DNA of 62,011 nt, the filler included. It is 3 parts of 3 records of this genome, joined end to end, with 100 filler letters (N's around TTAATTAATTAA, not from the genome) between each part and the next. Parts side by side here need not be neighbours in the genome. Positions count along the whole stretch, not along the records: positions 52,558 to 62,011 come from DRR378314_1587; 2 more parts are not named here. One strand, given 5' to 3'. The position numbers were made by a program, and so were the translations under genes. Shown here in pieces: positions 52,458 to 61,943 of the stretch (position 1 is its first letter; every line of letters begins with the position of its first letter). Under the pieces are notes generated by a model, which had not been told where the DNA came from, made no database searches, and saw nothing but the letters and a program-made list of their open reading frames with translations.

Positions 52458-52557
52458 NNNNNNNNNNNNNNNNNNNNNNNNNNNNNNNNNNNNNNNNNNN
52501 NTTAATTAATTAANNNNNNNNNNNNNNNNNNNNNNNNNNNNNNNNNNNNNNNNNNNN
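52458..52557. other. Artificial contig spacer
   Basis: N44-TTAATTAATTAA-N44. Confidence 0.99.
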
Positions 52558-52652
52558 CCCGCGGCGCTTGGCCCAACTGCCAGCGAGGCGCAGGGCACCT
52601 GCGCATTCAGCATGGCAGGCGGGAGCGCCCCCGCATGCCTTCTGCGCCAGCG

Positions 52653-54989
52653 TCAGCGGTCGTCGCCGCCGCCATCATTGGCATCCATCAGATCATCCTC
52701 GATCGCCGCCTGCGCCGCCCCAAGCGCTGCATCGCGCTTGGCCGGGGCGACCTTCTCGCCACTGTCGTCAACCACCCGCACGGTGACCTCGCGGTGCGCG
52801 AACTTGATGCCTTCGCGCTCGAACAGGTCACGGATCTCCTGGAACACCTTCTTGCGCACCAGCCACTGATCACCGGGTTTTGTCATGAACTTCACCCGAA
52901 TGATCATCGCCGAATCCTGCATCTCGATCACGCCCTGTGACTTCAGCGGTTGGATGAAGTTGTGGCCGATCACCTCATCCTGCAACAGCTCCTTGCCGAG
53001 AGTCTTGATCAGCTTGCGCACCTTCTCCACATCGGTGTCATAGGTCACCCGCAGCGGCAGCTTCATGATCACCCAGTCGCGGGAGTAATTGGTCAGCACC
53101 TGGATCTCGCCAAACGGGATGGTGTGCAGGGCGCCCAGATGATGGCGCAGTTGAAATGAGCGCACCGAGATCTTCTCCACCGTGCCCTTGACGCTGCCGA
53201 TGTCGATGTATTCGCCGCGCCGGAAGGCATCGTCGATCAAGAAGAAAGCGCCCGAGAAGATATCGCGCACCAGGGTCTGCGAGCCAAAGCCCACCGCCAG
53301 ACCCACCACACCGGCGCCGGCGAACAACGGGCTGACATTGATGCCGATCTCCATCAGCACAATCAGGATGATGGTCACCACCACCACGGCCAGAATGGCC
53401 CCACGGAACAGCGGCAAGAGGGTCGCCAGCCGACTGGCGCTGCTGACACCGCCCTCATCCCCCAGCTCCCCTTCCGGCTGATCCTGCGTCTCCTCTTCGA
53501 TCTTGCTGTCGATCCAGATGCGCGCGACGTGGAACACCAGATAGCCGATGAACAGGATCACCAGCACGTCGATCACCCGGTCCAACCGCGGGGCATCCTG
53601 CAGCGAGAACTCAGGATCCCAGACATAGATCAGCGACACCGCACCGACGAGAAACGCCAATATGCCAGCCGCCCGGCGGGCAAGATCCCGAAAGGTTGCG
53701 ATCGGGTGCCTTGGGCGCCCATGCGCAGGGGCCTCGCCCTCGTCAACGCGATCATCCCCCTCATCCGAGGCCGTCTCCGCTACAAGAACCCGACGGCGCG
53801 TGCCGAACTGCTCGATCACATAATTGGTGAGCCCATAGACCACCAAAATCGAGGTCATCACCGCGAACAGCCCCATCGTGGGCGGCACCGGGCTTGGGGT
53901 CTCCAAGACCAGATCAAAGGTCAGAGCCAGCCAGCCGAAGGCAACATACAGGATCACCAGCGGCGCCCAGATCCAGCACAACAGGCGGATCGGCCAGGCC
54001 ACGGCAACACGCGGGCCGGAGCCCATGATCGCACCGGAGATGGCCCGGGCATTGAACAGTACCAGCAGGATCGCCAGCACAGAGGACGCCAGCATCAGAA
54101 TGGCATAGGTCAGCGCGTAAATGTTGTAGTTGAGGCCGAAGTCCTGCACCCAGGTTGCAACCATGACCGCGGCGAAATCAAACGTCGCCAGCCCCGACAG
54201 CCAGAAATATAGCCGCCGCGCCTCCCGGTCCCCCAGCGACGGGATACGGTACTGGCTGAGATAAGGCGACAACACCATGCGCCACAGATCAGAGAGGGTG
54301 CGCGCGGCAAAGAAGGTCAGATAGACCGCAAGCGAGGTGAACTCGACCGAAACATCACCGGATGCTCCAAAGACCAGCAGCGTCACCAGCAGCGCGAAGA
54401 TCATCGCGAACAGCGTCGCGCCCAGCCCTGCGCCAAAGCGGATCAGCAGGAAGGGCATCTTGCCAGCGTAGCCTTCTGGCGCGTCTTCGATCCGGCTGAC
54501 CACGAAGCGCTTGATCAGCCGCTTGCCGTAGATTTCAGTGGACAGCCAGCGCCCGATCAACAGCAGCACCGTGGTAACAATCACCACCTCGACAAAGGTC
54601 ATGATGCGCCCGTCGGGGCTGGTGGCACGTAGGATAAAAGCCATCTCATTGTAGGAGTTGGGCAGCGCTGCCAGACGCTCGTTGAGCTTGGCCCGGAAAT
54701 CGCGCACTTCGGTCTGGGCCTTCATCATCGTCGATGCGCCGCCCATGACGCCAGGCTCCGTCGCCATCTCCGCTTCGGCGTCCGCGCGCGCAGCGGCTTC
54801 GCTAAGCGGACGCCCGCGACCGTCCAGGATCACCACACCAACCCCGGCCTCGGAGGCTTGGCGGATGGCCTCTGCCAGTCCATCCCCCTCGACGGCAACA
54901 CTGTCCTGCGCCTGCGCCGCCCCGACGACAAGCAGACTCATCATGGCCGTCAACAACCACGCGCGTAAGATATTCATCAGGCTTGGCAT
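52653..54989 (-). CDS. Large MscS-family mechanosensitive channel
   Basis: Signal peptide, multiple TM helices, GAGVVGLAVGFGSQTLVRDIFSG, GTVEKISVRS and IPFGEI...NYSRDW; 778 aa. Confidence 0.93.
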   Translation of the reverse strand: MPSLMNILRAWLLTAMMSLLVVGAAQAQDSVAVEGDGLAEAIRQASEAGVGVVILDGRGRPLSEAAARADAEAEMATEPGVMGGASTMMKAQTEVRDFRAKLNERLAALPNSYNEMAFILRATSPDGRIMTFVEVVIVTTVLLLIGRWLSTEIYGKRLIKRFVVSRIEDAPEGYAGKMPFLLIRFGAGLGATLFAMIFALLVTLLVFGASGDVSVEFTSLAVYLTFFAARTLSDLWRMVLSPYLSQYRIPSLGDREARRLYFWLSGLATFDFAAVMVATWVQDFGLNYNIYALTYAILMLASSVLAILLVLFNARAISGAIMGSGPRVAVAWPIRLLCWIWAPLVILYVAFGWLALTFDLVLETPSPVPPTMGLFAVMTSILVVYGLTNYVIEQFGTRRRVLVAETASDEGDDRVDEGEAPAHGRPRHPIATFRDLARRAAGILAFLVGAVSLIYVWDPEFSLQDAPRLDRVIDVLVILFIGYLVFHVARIWIDSKIEEETQDQPEGELGDEGGVSSASRLATLLPLFRGAILAVVVVTIILIVLMEIGINVSPLFAGAGVVGLAVGFGSQTLVRDIFSGAFFLIDDAFRRGEYIDIGSVKGTVEKISVRSFQLRHHLGALHTIPFGEIQVLTNYSRDWVIMKLPLRVTYDTDVEKVRKLIKTLGKELLQDEVIGHNFIQPLKSQGVIEMQDSAMIIRVKFMTKPGDQWLVRKKVFQEIRDLFEREGIKFAHREVTVRVVDDSGEKVAPAKRDAALGAAQAAIEDDLMDANDGGGDDR

Positions 54990-55404
54990 GCGTCGCGTCC
55001 CCTTTCCTTGGGTGATTTTCTCACCACATTAGGCAAAAACGGGCGGCAAGTATCGCTTTTGCGTATCGGATGACGCCCGGATCTCATTGGTTTGATTGCA
55101 TGAGCGCGCCAGCCAAGCTATATCACCCGTGTTAAATTGCTCGGGTTGTCGGCGCTGCGTGTTCACCGCGCCATAGCAGACCCGGCGCAGAGGCATGGGA
55201 AATCCGGCCGCGCTCCGCCGCTGATCAGGAGTGCGCCCGCATGACGTTGGGGCGGAATATGGCCAAGACGCACTGCATCACCCGATCCGGGTGCTGCACA
55301 TCCCTCCCGACGCGGCGCCACGCCGCCTCGTGGCATGGGACCACCTCCGCAGGAGGACACCGCCCGTCACCACGCCCGACCCCCACTTGCAAGCGAGTCC
55401 CCCT

Positions 55405-56625
55405 ATGAGCGCCAGCACCCCCGCCCGTTTGGGCCCCTCGGGACGCGGACCGCGCATCCTGTTCTACAGCCACGACACCTTCGGGCTGGGGCATCTGCGC
55501 CGCTCTCGTGCCCTGGCCGCCGCGATCACCTCTGCGGATCGCACCGCCTCTGCGATGATCCTGACCGGCTCGCCGGTGGCGGGGCGCTTTGCTTTCCCGA
55601 ACCGGGTCGATCACATGCGTCTGCCCGGCGTCATCAAACGCTCCGATGGGTCCTACGCCAGCCGCACCATGGGCATGAATATCGAGGAAACCACCGAACT
55701 GCGTGCCGGGCTGATCCGCTCCACCGCCGAACAGTTTGCCCCGGATATCCTCGTCGTGGACAAGGAACCCTGCGGCTTTCGCGGCGAGCTGCTGCCCACG
55801 CTTGAACTGCTGCAAAAGCAGGGCAAGGCCAAGCTGGTGCTCGGCCTGCGCGACGTGCTGGACGAACCCGAGGTGCTCAGCGCCGAATGGGATCGCAAGG
55901 GCGCCCTGGCGGCGGCGGAACAATTCTACGATGAAATCTGGGTGTATGGGCTGCGCGATGTCTACGACCCCACCGCCGGGCTTGATCTGAGCGAGGCGGC
56001 TCAGGCGCGGATGCACTGGACCGGATACCTGCGCCGCGATCTTGGCACTGTAGGCGAACCGCCCGAGCGACCTTATGTCCTGATCACTCCGGGCGGCGGT
56101 GGCGATGGCGCCATGATGGTGGACCTTGCGATTTCCGCCTACGAACGTGACCCCGATCTGATGCCGCGCGCGGTGCTGGTCTACGGGCCGTTCCTGTCCG
56201 GCGAGACACGCGCGGCCTTCGAGGATCGTGTGGCCGCACTGGACGGGCGCGTCACCGCCGTCGGCTTCGAGAGCGAGATCGAAACGCTCTTTGCCGGTGC
56301 GCAGGGGGTGATCTGCATGGGGGGCTACAATACCTTCTGCGAGGTTCTGTCCTTCGACAAACCGGCGGTGATCGTGCCGCGCACCACGCCGCGTCTCGAA
56401 CAATGGATCCGCGCCAGCCGCGCCGAAGAACTGGGCCTTGTCACCATGCTTGATGAAACCCGCGACGGCTGGACGCCGCAGGCCATGATCGGTGCCATTC
56501 GTGCGCTGGAGAGGCAACCCCGCCCGTCGCAGGCGATCTCCGACGGGCTTCTGGACGGGCTCGACTACGTGACCGGGCGCGTCGACACTCTCTTGCACCA
56601 ATTGCCGCGTGAGGCCGCAGAATGA
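55405..56625 (+). CDS. Glycosyltransferase, GT-B (COG4671/GT28-C-like)
   Basis: RILFYSHDTFGLGHLRR, GGGGDG, MGGYNT and VPR...EQ. Confidence 0.88.
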   Translation: MSASTPARLGPSGRGPRILFYSHDTFGLGHLRRSRALAAAITSADRTASAMILTGSPVAGRFAFPNRVDHMRLPGVIKRSDGSYASRTMGMNIEETTELRAGLIRSTAEQFAPDILVVDKEPCGFRGELLPTLELLQKQGKAKLVLGLRDVLDEPEVLSAEWDRKGALAAAEQFYDEIWVYGLRDVYDPTAGLDLSEAAQARMHWTGYLRRDLGTVGEPPERPYVLITPGGGGDGAMMVDLAISAYERDPDLMPRAVLVYGPFLSGETRAAFEDRVAALDGRVTAVGFESEIETLFAGAQGVICMGGYNTFCEVLSFDKPAVIVPRTTPRLEQWIRASRAEELGLVTMLDETRDGWTPQAMIGAIRALERQPRPSQAISDGLLDGLDYVTGRVDTLLHQLPREAAE

Positions 56626-57866
56626 CATCACATCGCCCGGCGCTTGCCGTGCTGGTCAAGGGCTGGCCGCGCCTGTCCGAGACGTTCATCGCCCAGGAGC
56701 TAGTGGCGCTCGAAGAGGCTGGCCAACCCTTTGAAATCTGGTCGTTGCGCCATCCCACCGACACCAAGGCCCATCCGCTGCATGACCGCCTGCAGGCGCC
56801 GGTACACTACCTGCCGGAATATCTGCACGACGACCCCGCCCGCGTCGCCCGCGCGCGCGAGACTGCGCGCACCCTCCCCGGCTATGCGACCGCCTATGCG
56901 GTCTGGCGCGCAGATTTGCGGCGCGATCCCAGCCACAACCGCATCCGCCGTTTTGGTCAGGCCTGCGTGCTGGCCTGCGAACTGCCCGCCGAGGTCCGTG
57001 GTCTTTACGCGCATTTCCTGCACACGCCGTCCTCCGTGGCGCGCTACGCCGCCATCATGCGCGGCCTGCCGTGGAGCTTTGCCGCGCATGCCAAGGACAT
57101 CTGGACCTCGCCCGAATGGGAGCTGCGCGAAAAGCTCAAGACCGAGATCCATGGCGCAGCCTTTGGTGCCACCTGCACCGGGTTTGGTGCAAAACACCTG
57201 CAGGACCTCTCCGACGGGACCCCGGTGGATCTGATCTATCACGGCCTCGACCTGTCCCGCTTTCCCGCGCCGCCGCAGCGTATGCCGCGCACGCCCGATG
57301 CCCCGTTTCACATAATGTCGGTGGGCCGACTGGTGGAGAAAAAGGGCTTTGACCGGCTGATCGCCGCGCTGGCGCTGCTGCCGGCAGATCTGGACTGGCA
57401 CTGGACCCATATCGGTGGCGGCGGCCTGAGGGATCTGTTGCAGGGCATGGCCGAGGATGCAGGTGTTGCGGACCGCATCACCTGGCGCGGCGCCTGCGAC
57501 CAGCCCGAGGTGATCGCCGCCATGCGCGCCGCCGATCTCTTTGTGCTGCCCTCGCGCGTGGCCGCCGATGGCGACCGCGACGGGCTGCCGAACGTGCTGA
57601 TGGAGGCCGCCTCGCAGGGGCTTGCGATCCTCTCCACCCCGGTCTCCGCCATACCGGAGTTCATCGAGAGCGGCACCCATGGGCTGTTGTCCGATGACGC
57701 GCCCGCCGCCCTTGCCGATGCCATGCTGCGCTTTGCCCACGCCCCGGAAGAGGCAACCCGCATGGCGGATTCCGCATTGGCGCGCCTGCGTGCGGAGTTC
57801 ACCATGCCCCCCGGCATCGCGCAGCTGAACACGCGCCTGTCGGCCATGCTCGGGACCGCAGAATGA
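56622..57866 (+). CDS. Glycosyltransferase family 4 (WcaL-like)
   Basis: WPRLSETFI, HAKD, VGRLVEKKG and DGLPNVLMEA. Confidence 0.9.
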   Translation: MTSHRPALAVLVKGWPRLSETFIAQELVALEEAGQPFEIWSLRHPTDTKAHPLHDRLQAPVHYLPEYLHDDPARVARARETARTLPGYATAYAVWRADLRRDPSHNRIRRFGQACVLACELPAEVRGLYAHFLHTPSSVARYAAIMRGLPWSFAAHAKDIWTSPEWELREKLKTEIHGAAFGATCTGFGAKHLQDLSDGTPVDLIYHGLDLSRFPAPPQRMPRTPDAPFHIMSVGRLVEKKGFDRLIAALALLPADLDWHWTHIGGGGLRDLLQGMAEDAGVADRITWRGACDQPEVIAAMRAADLFVLPSRVAADGDRDGLPNVLMEAASQGLAILSTPVSAIPEFIESGTHGLLSDDAPAALADAMLRFAHAPEEATRMADSALARLRAEFTMPPGIAQLNTRLSAMLGTAE

Positions 57867-58966
57867 CACAGCCCCGCGTTGCCTTCTATGCGCCGATGAA
57901 GGCCCCCAGCCACGCCACGCCCTCCGGTGATCGGGCCATGGGCCGCAGCCTGATGGGGCTGCTGCAGGGGGGCGGCGCGGAGGTCGTGCTGGCCTCTGAC
58001 CTGCGCCTGCACGACAAGCTTGGCGATCCGGTCCACCAGCAGATCCTGCAACAGCGCGCCGCCGATGAGGTGGGCCGCCTGATCGAGGAACTGCCCTGGA
58101 TCGACCTCTGGGTCACCTATCACAATTACTACAAGGCGCCCGACCTGATCGGCCCCGCCGTGGCCGCCGCCCGCGACATCCCTTACGTCCAGATCGAAAG
58201 CACCCGCGCGACCAAACGGCTGATCGGGCCGTGGGCGGAATTTGCCCAGGCCGCCCATGCGGCCGCGGATCAGGCGGCGGTGATCTTCTACCTGACCGAT
58301 CAGGACCGCGAAACGCTGGAACGGGATCGCGCCGGGGATCAGCAGCTGGTGCATCTGCGCCCCTTCCTGTCGCGCAGCGATCTGCCAGCCCCCGGCACGC
58401 TGGACGGGCAGATGCTGGCGGCGGGGATGATGCGGCAGGGGGACAAGCTGGCCTCTTATGCGCTTATCGCCGAGACCCTGCGCCAACTTGATGCCAAGGC
58501 ATCAACAGGGCGCGCGGTCGACTGGCAGCTCCAAATTGCGGGCGACGGCCCCGCGCGCTCCGAGGTCGAGGCGCTTGTCGCACCCTTTGGCGATCGCGTG
58601 CACTTCCTCGGTCAGCTCGATGCCGCGGCCATGGCAGAGGCCTACAGCAACGCTTCGCTGTTCCTCTGGCCCGGTGTCAACGAGGCCTACGGCATGGTCT
58701 ATCTCGAAGCGCAATCGCACGGGCTGCCGGTAGTGGCGCAGGACCGCCCCGGCCTGCGCGACGTGCTGCTGCCCGGCGCCTACCCCGCCCCGCACGCCGG
58801 TGCGGGGGCGCTGGCGGAGGAGGTTGCGCGCCTTCTCGACAGCGCAGCAGAACGCGCCGATCTGGGGCGGCGGGCGCGGGATCATATCGCCACGCGCCAC
58901 CTCAGACCCGCCGCACGCGATACGCTGTGGTCAGCCCTGACGCCGCTGCTGGATCATCCGGCATGA
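57863..58966 (+). CDS. Glycosyltransferase family 4
   Basis: PSGDR and EX7E motif EAYGMVYLE. Confidence 0.88.
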   Translation: MTQPRVAFYAPMKAPSHATPSGDRAMGRSLMGLLQGGGAEVVLASDLRLHDKLGDPVHQQILQQRAADEVGRLIEELPWIDLWVTYHNYYKAPDLIGPAVAAARDIPYVQIESTRATKRLIGPWAEFAQAAHAAADQAAVIFYLTDQDRETLERDRAGDQQLVHLRPFLSRSDLPAPGTLDGQMLAAGMMRQGDKLASYALIAETLRQLDAKASTGRAVDWQLQIAGDGPARSEVEALVAPFGDRVHFLGQLDAAAMAEAYSNASLFLWPGVNEAYGMVYLEAQSHGLPVVAQDRPGLRDVLLPGAYPAPHAGAGALAEEVARLLDSAAERADLGRRARDHIATRHLRPAARDTLWSALTPLLDHPA

Positions 58967-59547
58967 TCCGCCTCGCCCTCCTGCGCCATGGCCATACCGC
59001 CTGGAATCGCGCCGGGCGCATCCAGGGCCGCAGCGACATCGCGCTGGATGACACCGCCCGCACGGAACTCGCCGCCCAAACCCTGCCGGAGGCCTGGCAA
59101 GAGGCTGACCTCTGGTCCAGCCCGCTGCAGCGCGCGAACGAGACCGCACGTCTGGTCACGGGCCGTGCGCCGCGCACCTCTCCCGCCCTGATCGAGATGA
59201 ACTGGGGCGACTGGGAGGGCCAGCACGGAACCCGCCTGCGCGCCGACCCAGGCAGCGGCTTTCGCGACATCGAACACTGGGGCTGGGACTATCGCCCCCC
59301 CGGCGGCGAAACCCCGGCGGAGGTCTGGGACCGTCTAAGCCCTTGGATCGCCAGCCTGGAGCGCGACAGCGTCGCGGTCTGTCATATCGGCATCATGCGC
59401 ATGATCCTCGCCCGCGCCCATAGCTGGAATTTAGACGGCCCGGCGCCGTTTCAGGTCAAACGCAACCGGTTGTTCGTGGTCGACGTCGACGGGGCCGCGC
59501 TGACCCCTTGGCACGAGCCTGTCAGGTTGGAAAAACGCACGTCATGA
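58963..59547 (+). CDS. Histidine phosphatase (phosphoglycerate mutase family)
   Basis: LRHG, SSPLQRA, EMNWGDWEG, GGET and CH. Confidence 0.9.
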   Translation: MIRLALLRHGHTAWNRAGRIQGRSDIALDDTARTELAAQTLPEAWQEADLWSSPLQRANETARLVTGRAPRTSPALIEMNWGDWEGQHGTRLRADPGSGFRDIEHWGWDYRPPGGETPAEVWDRLSPWIASLERDSVAVCHIGIMRMILARAHSWNLDGPAPFQVKRNRLFVVDVDGAALTPWHEPVRLEKRTS

Positions 59548-60683
59548 ATGTCCTGATCGTTGTCACACATCTGTTGGGCACCGGCCATCTGTCCCGCGCG
59601 CTGACGCTGGGGCGGGCCTTTGTCGAGGCTGGCCATGACGTCACCATCGCCTCTGGCGGCTTTCCTGCACCGCAGCTCCCCACCCATGGGCTTGCCTTTG
59701 AACAATTGCCGCCGCTGCGGTCTGACGGCGTGGACTTCGCCCGCCTGCTGAACAAGAACGGTGCCGTTGCCGATGACGCCTACCACAGCGCCCGCCGCAA
59801 TCACCTGAGCACCTTGCTGCAAGCGCTACAGCCGGATGTGCTTATCACCGAACTCTATCCCTTTGGCCGCCGCTCCTTGCGCGCTGAATTCCGCGCCCTG
59901 CTGGAGGCCGCCAAGGACCTGCCGCGCCACCCGCTGGTGCTGTCCTCGATCCGTGACATCCTTGCCCCGCCCTCAAAGCCGAAAAAGGCCGAGGACGCAG
60001 ACGCCATGATCGCGGAATTCTACGACGGCGTGCTGGTGCATTCGGATCCGAAGGCCACCACGCTGGATACCAGCTGGCCGGTTTCCGACCTGCTGGCGGG
60101 CAAGGTGCACTACACCGGCTATGTCGCGCCCCCGGCTGTCACGCCCCATCCGGAGGGCGTCGGCAAGGGGGAGATTCTCGTCAGCGCCGGTGGCGGCGGC
60201 GTCGGGGATGCGCTTTATGCCTGCGCGGTGCAGGCGGCCAAGGCGATGCCGGACCATATCTGGCGCATTCTGGTCGGCGGATCAGATGCAGCGGCACGCA
60301 TCACTCAGCTCTCGGACCCGACCTCGCCGGCTCTTCTGGAACCGGCCCGCCCCGATTTCCGCGCCATGCTGCCCCATGCGGCGGCCTCGATCAGCATGTG
60401 CGGCTACAACACCGCGCTCGACCTGCTGCAATCGGGCACCCCTGCGGTGCTGGTGCCCTTTGATGCGGGCAAGGAAGTGGAGCAATCCCTGCGCGCCCGA
60501 AGCCTTGCCCCCCTGCCCGGCTTTGCGGTCGAACCTGCCGCCACCCTCACCCCGGATCGCCTCTGCGCCGCCCTGCGCCAAGTCATGCAGGACACGCAAC
60601 GCAGCCTTGACGGGTTTGAATTTGACGGGGCGCGCCGCAGCGTGGAGATTGCGGCATCGCTGCTGGGGAGGCAGCGCGCTTGA
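59544..60683 (+). CDS. Glycosyltransferase, GT-B (COG4671/GT28-C-like)
   Basis: THLLGTGHLSR, ELYPFGRR, SAGGG, CGYNT and EQ..RA. Confidence 0.88.
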   Translation: MNVLIVVTHLLGTGHLSRALTLGRAFVEAGHDVTIASGGFPAPQLPTHGLAFEQLPPLRSDGVDFARLLNKNGAVADDAYHSARRNHLSTLLQALQPDVLITELYPFGRRSLRAEFRALLEAAKDLPRHPLVLSSIRDILAPPSKPKKAEDADAMIAEFYDGVLVHSDPKATTLDTSWPVSDLLAGKVHYTGYVAPPAVTPHPEGVGKGEILVSAGGGGVGDALYACAVQAAKAMPDHIWRILVGGSDAAARITQLSDPTSPALLEPARPDFRAMLPHAAASISMCGYNTALDLLQSGTPAVLVPFDAGKEVEQSLRARSLAPLPGFAVEPAATLTPDRLCAALRQVMQDTQRSLDGFEFDGARRSVEIAASLLGRQRA

Positions 60684-61462
60684 GCGCAATCGGGGGAGAT
60701 CGGATGACACACGGCTGGAACGCACTGGACGCGGAGCTGGAACACTGGGCCGCGCAGGACCTGCGCTTGCCGCTCTGGTGGCGGGATGACGATGCGATTG
60801 CCCCCAGCGACGCGCTGCTGCGGCTGGAGGCGCTGGCCACACAGCTTGATCTGCCGGTGCACCTTGCGGTGATCCCCGAAGGCGCGGTAGGTGATCTTGT
60901 GACATCCGTGCAGCAATCGAGCCATCTGGTGCCGGTGGTCCATGGCTGGGCCCATCAAAACCACGCCGGTGCCGACAAGAAGAAATGCGAATTTCCCAGC
61001 ACCCGGCCGGTGGATCAGGCGCTCGCGGATGCCGAAGACGGCATGGAGCGGCTGAAACAGCTGTTCGGAGCCTCCCTGCAGCCGATGTTCGTGCCGCCCT
61101 GGAACCGGATCTCGCCCGCGATGCTGCCCTGGCTGGCGGGCCTGGGCTTTGCCGCGCTCTCCACCTATGGGCCGCGCAAGCGGGTGCAGGCTGCGCCGGG
61201 ACTGATGCAGATCAACACTCATGTGGACCCGATCGACTGGAAGGGCAGCCGGGGTCTGGCCGCCGAAGATGAGATCCTCGCGCGGCTGGTGGCACACCTT
61301 GAGGCCCGGCGCGCCGGTACGCAGGATCGCGCAGAGCCGCTGGGCCTGCTGACACATCACCTTGTGCATGATGATCAGGTGTGGGAGTTCTGCGAAACCC
61401 TCCTGACCCGCCTGCTGGCCGGTCCCGCGCATCCCTGGCGCTTCAACGAAAGGATCAGCTGA
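60680..61462 (+). CDS. Polysaccharide deacetylase-like protein (CE4/NodB-like fold)
   Basis: WWRDDD, HGWAH, FVPPWN and LLTHH. Start is TTG 60680 or ATG 60704; no signal peptide. Confidence 0.82.
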   Translation: MSAIGGDRMTHGWNALDAELEHWAAQDLRLPLWWRDDDAIAPSDALLRLEALATQLDLPVHLAVIPEGAVGDLVTSVQQSSHLVPVVHGWAHQNHAGADKKKCEFPSTRPVDQALADAEDGMERLKQLFGASLQPMFVPPWNRISPAMLPWLAGLGFAALSTYGPRKRVQAAPGLMQINTHVDPIDWKGSRGLAAEDEILARLVAHLEARRAGTQDRAEPLGLLTHHLVHDDQVWEFCETLLTRLLAGPAHPWRFNERIS

Positions 61463-61463
61463 G

Positions 61464-61943
61464 ATGAGCCGACTGGACAGCATGCTGCGCCGCCTCACCG
61501 CTCAACGCGACGGGCTCAATTGGGCTGCGGAGGCGATTTCCGACGTTGCCGGTGATGTGCTCGACCTCGGACTGGGCAACGGGCGCACCTATGACCACCT
61601 GCGCGAGGGTCTGGCCGAACGGCGCATCTGGGTCATCGACCGGGTGCTGCAGTGTCATCCGTCCTGCGTGCCGCCGGAGGAGAATTTCCTGCAAGGCGAA
61701 GCGGAGCCGATGCTGGCCCGACTGGCCGAGGGCGGACACCGTCTGGCGCTGGCGCATTACGATCTGGGCTTTGGCATCAAGGAGAAGGACGTGGCCGAGG
61801 CGGCGAAACTGTCGCCAGCGCTGGCACAGGTCATGGCGCCGGGCGGGCTGATCATCTCCGGCCAGCCGCTGGTGGGCTTCACCGAGGTCGACGGACCAGC
61901 GGGCATTCCCGAAGGCCGCTACATGTTCTATCGCGCCGGCTAA
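61464..61943 (+). CDS. Small class I SAM-dependent methyltransferase (Methyltransf_17-like)
   Basis: MSRLDSMLRRL and LDLGLGNGRTYDHLR. Confidence 0.85.
   Translation: MSRLDSMLRRLTAQRDGLNWAAEAISDVAGDVLDLGLGNGRTYDHLREGLAERRIWVIDRVLQCHPSCVPPEENFLQGEAEPMLARLAEGGHRLALAHYDLGFGIKEKDVAEAAKLSPALAQVMAPGGLIISGQPLVGFTEVDGPAGIPEGRYMFYRAG

Noticed and set aside
55405-61943. GT operon as an O-antigen or capsule locus
   Set aside because: No flippase, polymerase, priming transferase or NDP-sugar genes, and no low-GC signature by eye. Not fully excluded, because the contig ends at 62011.
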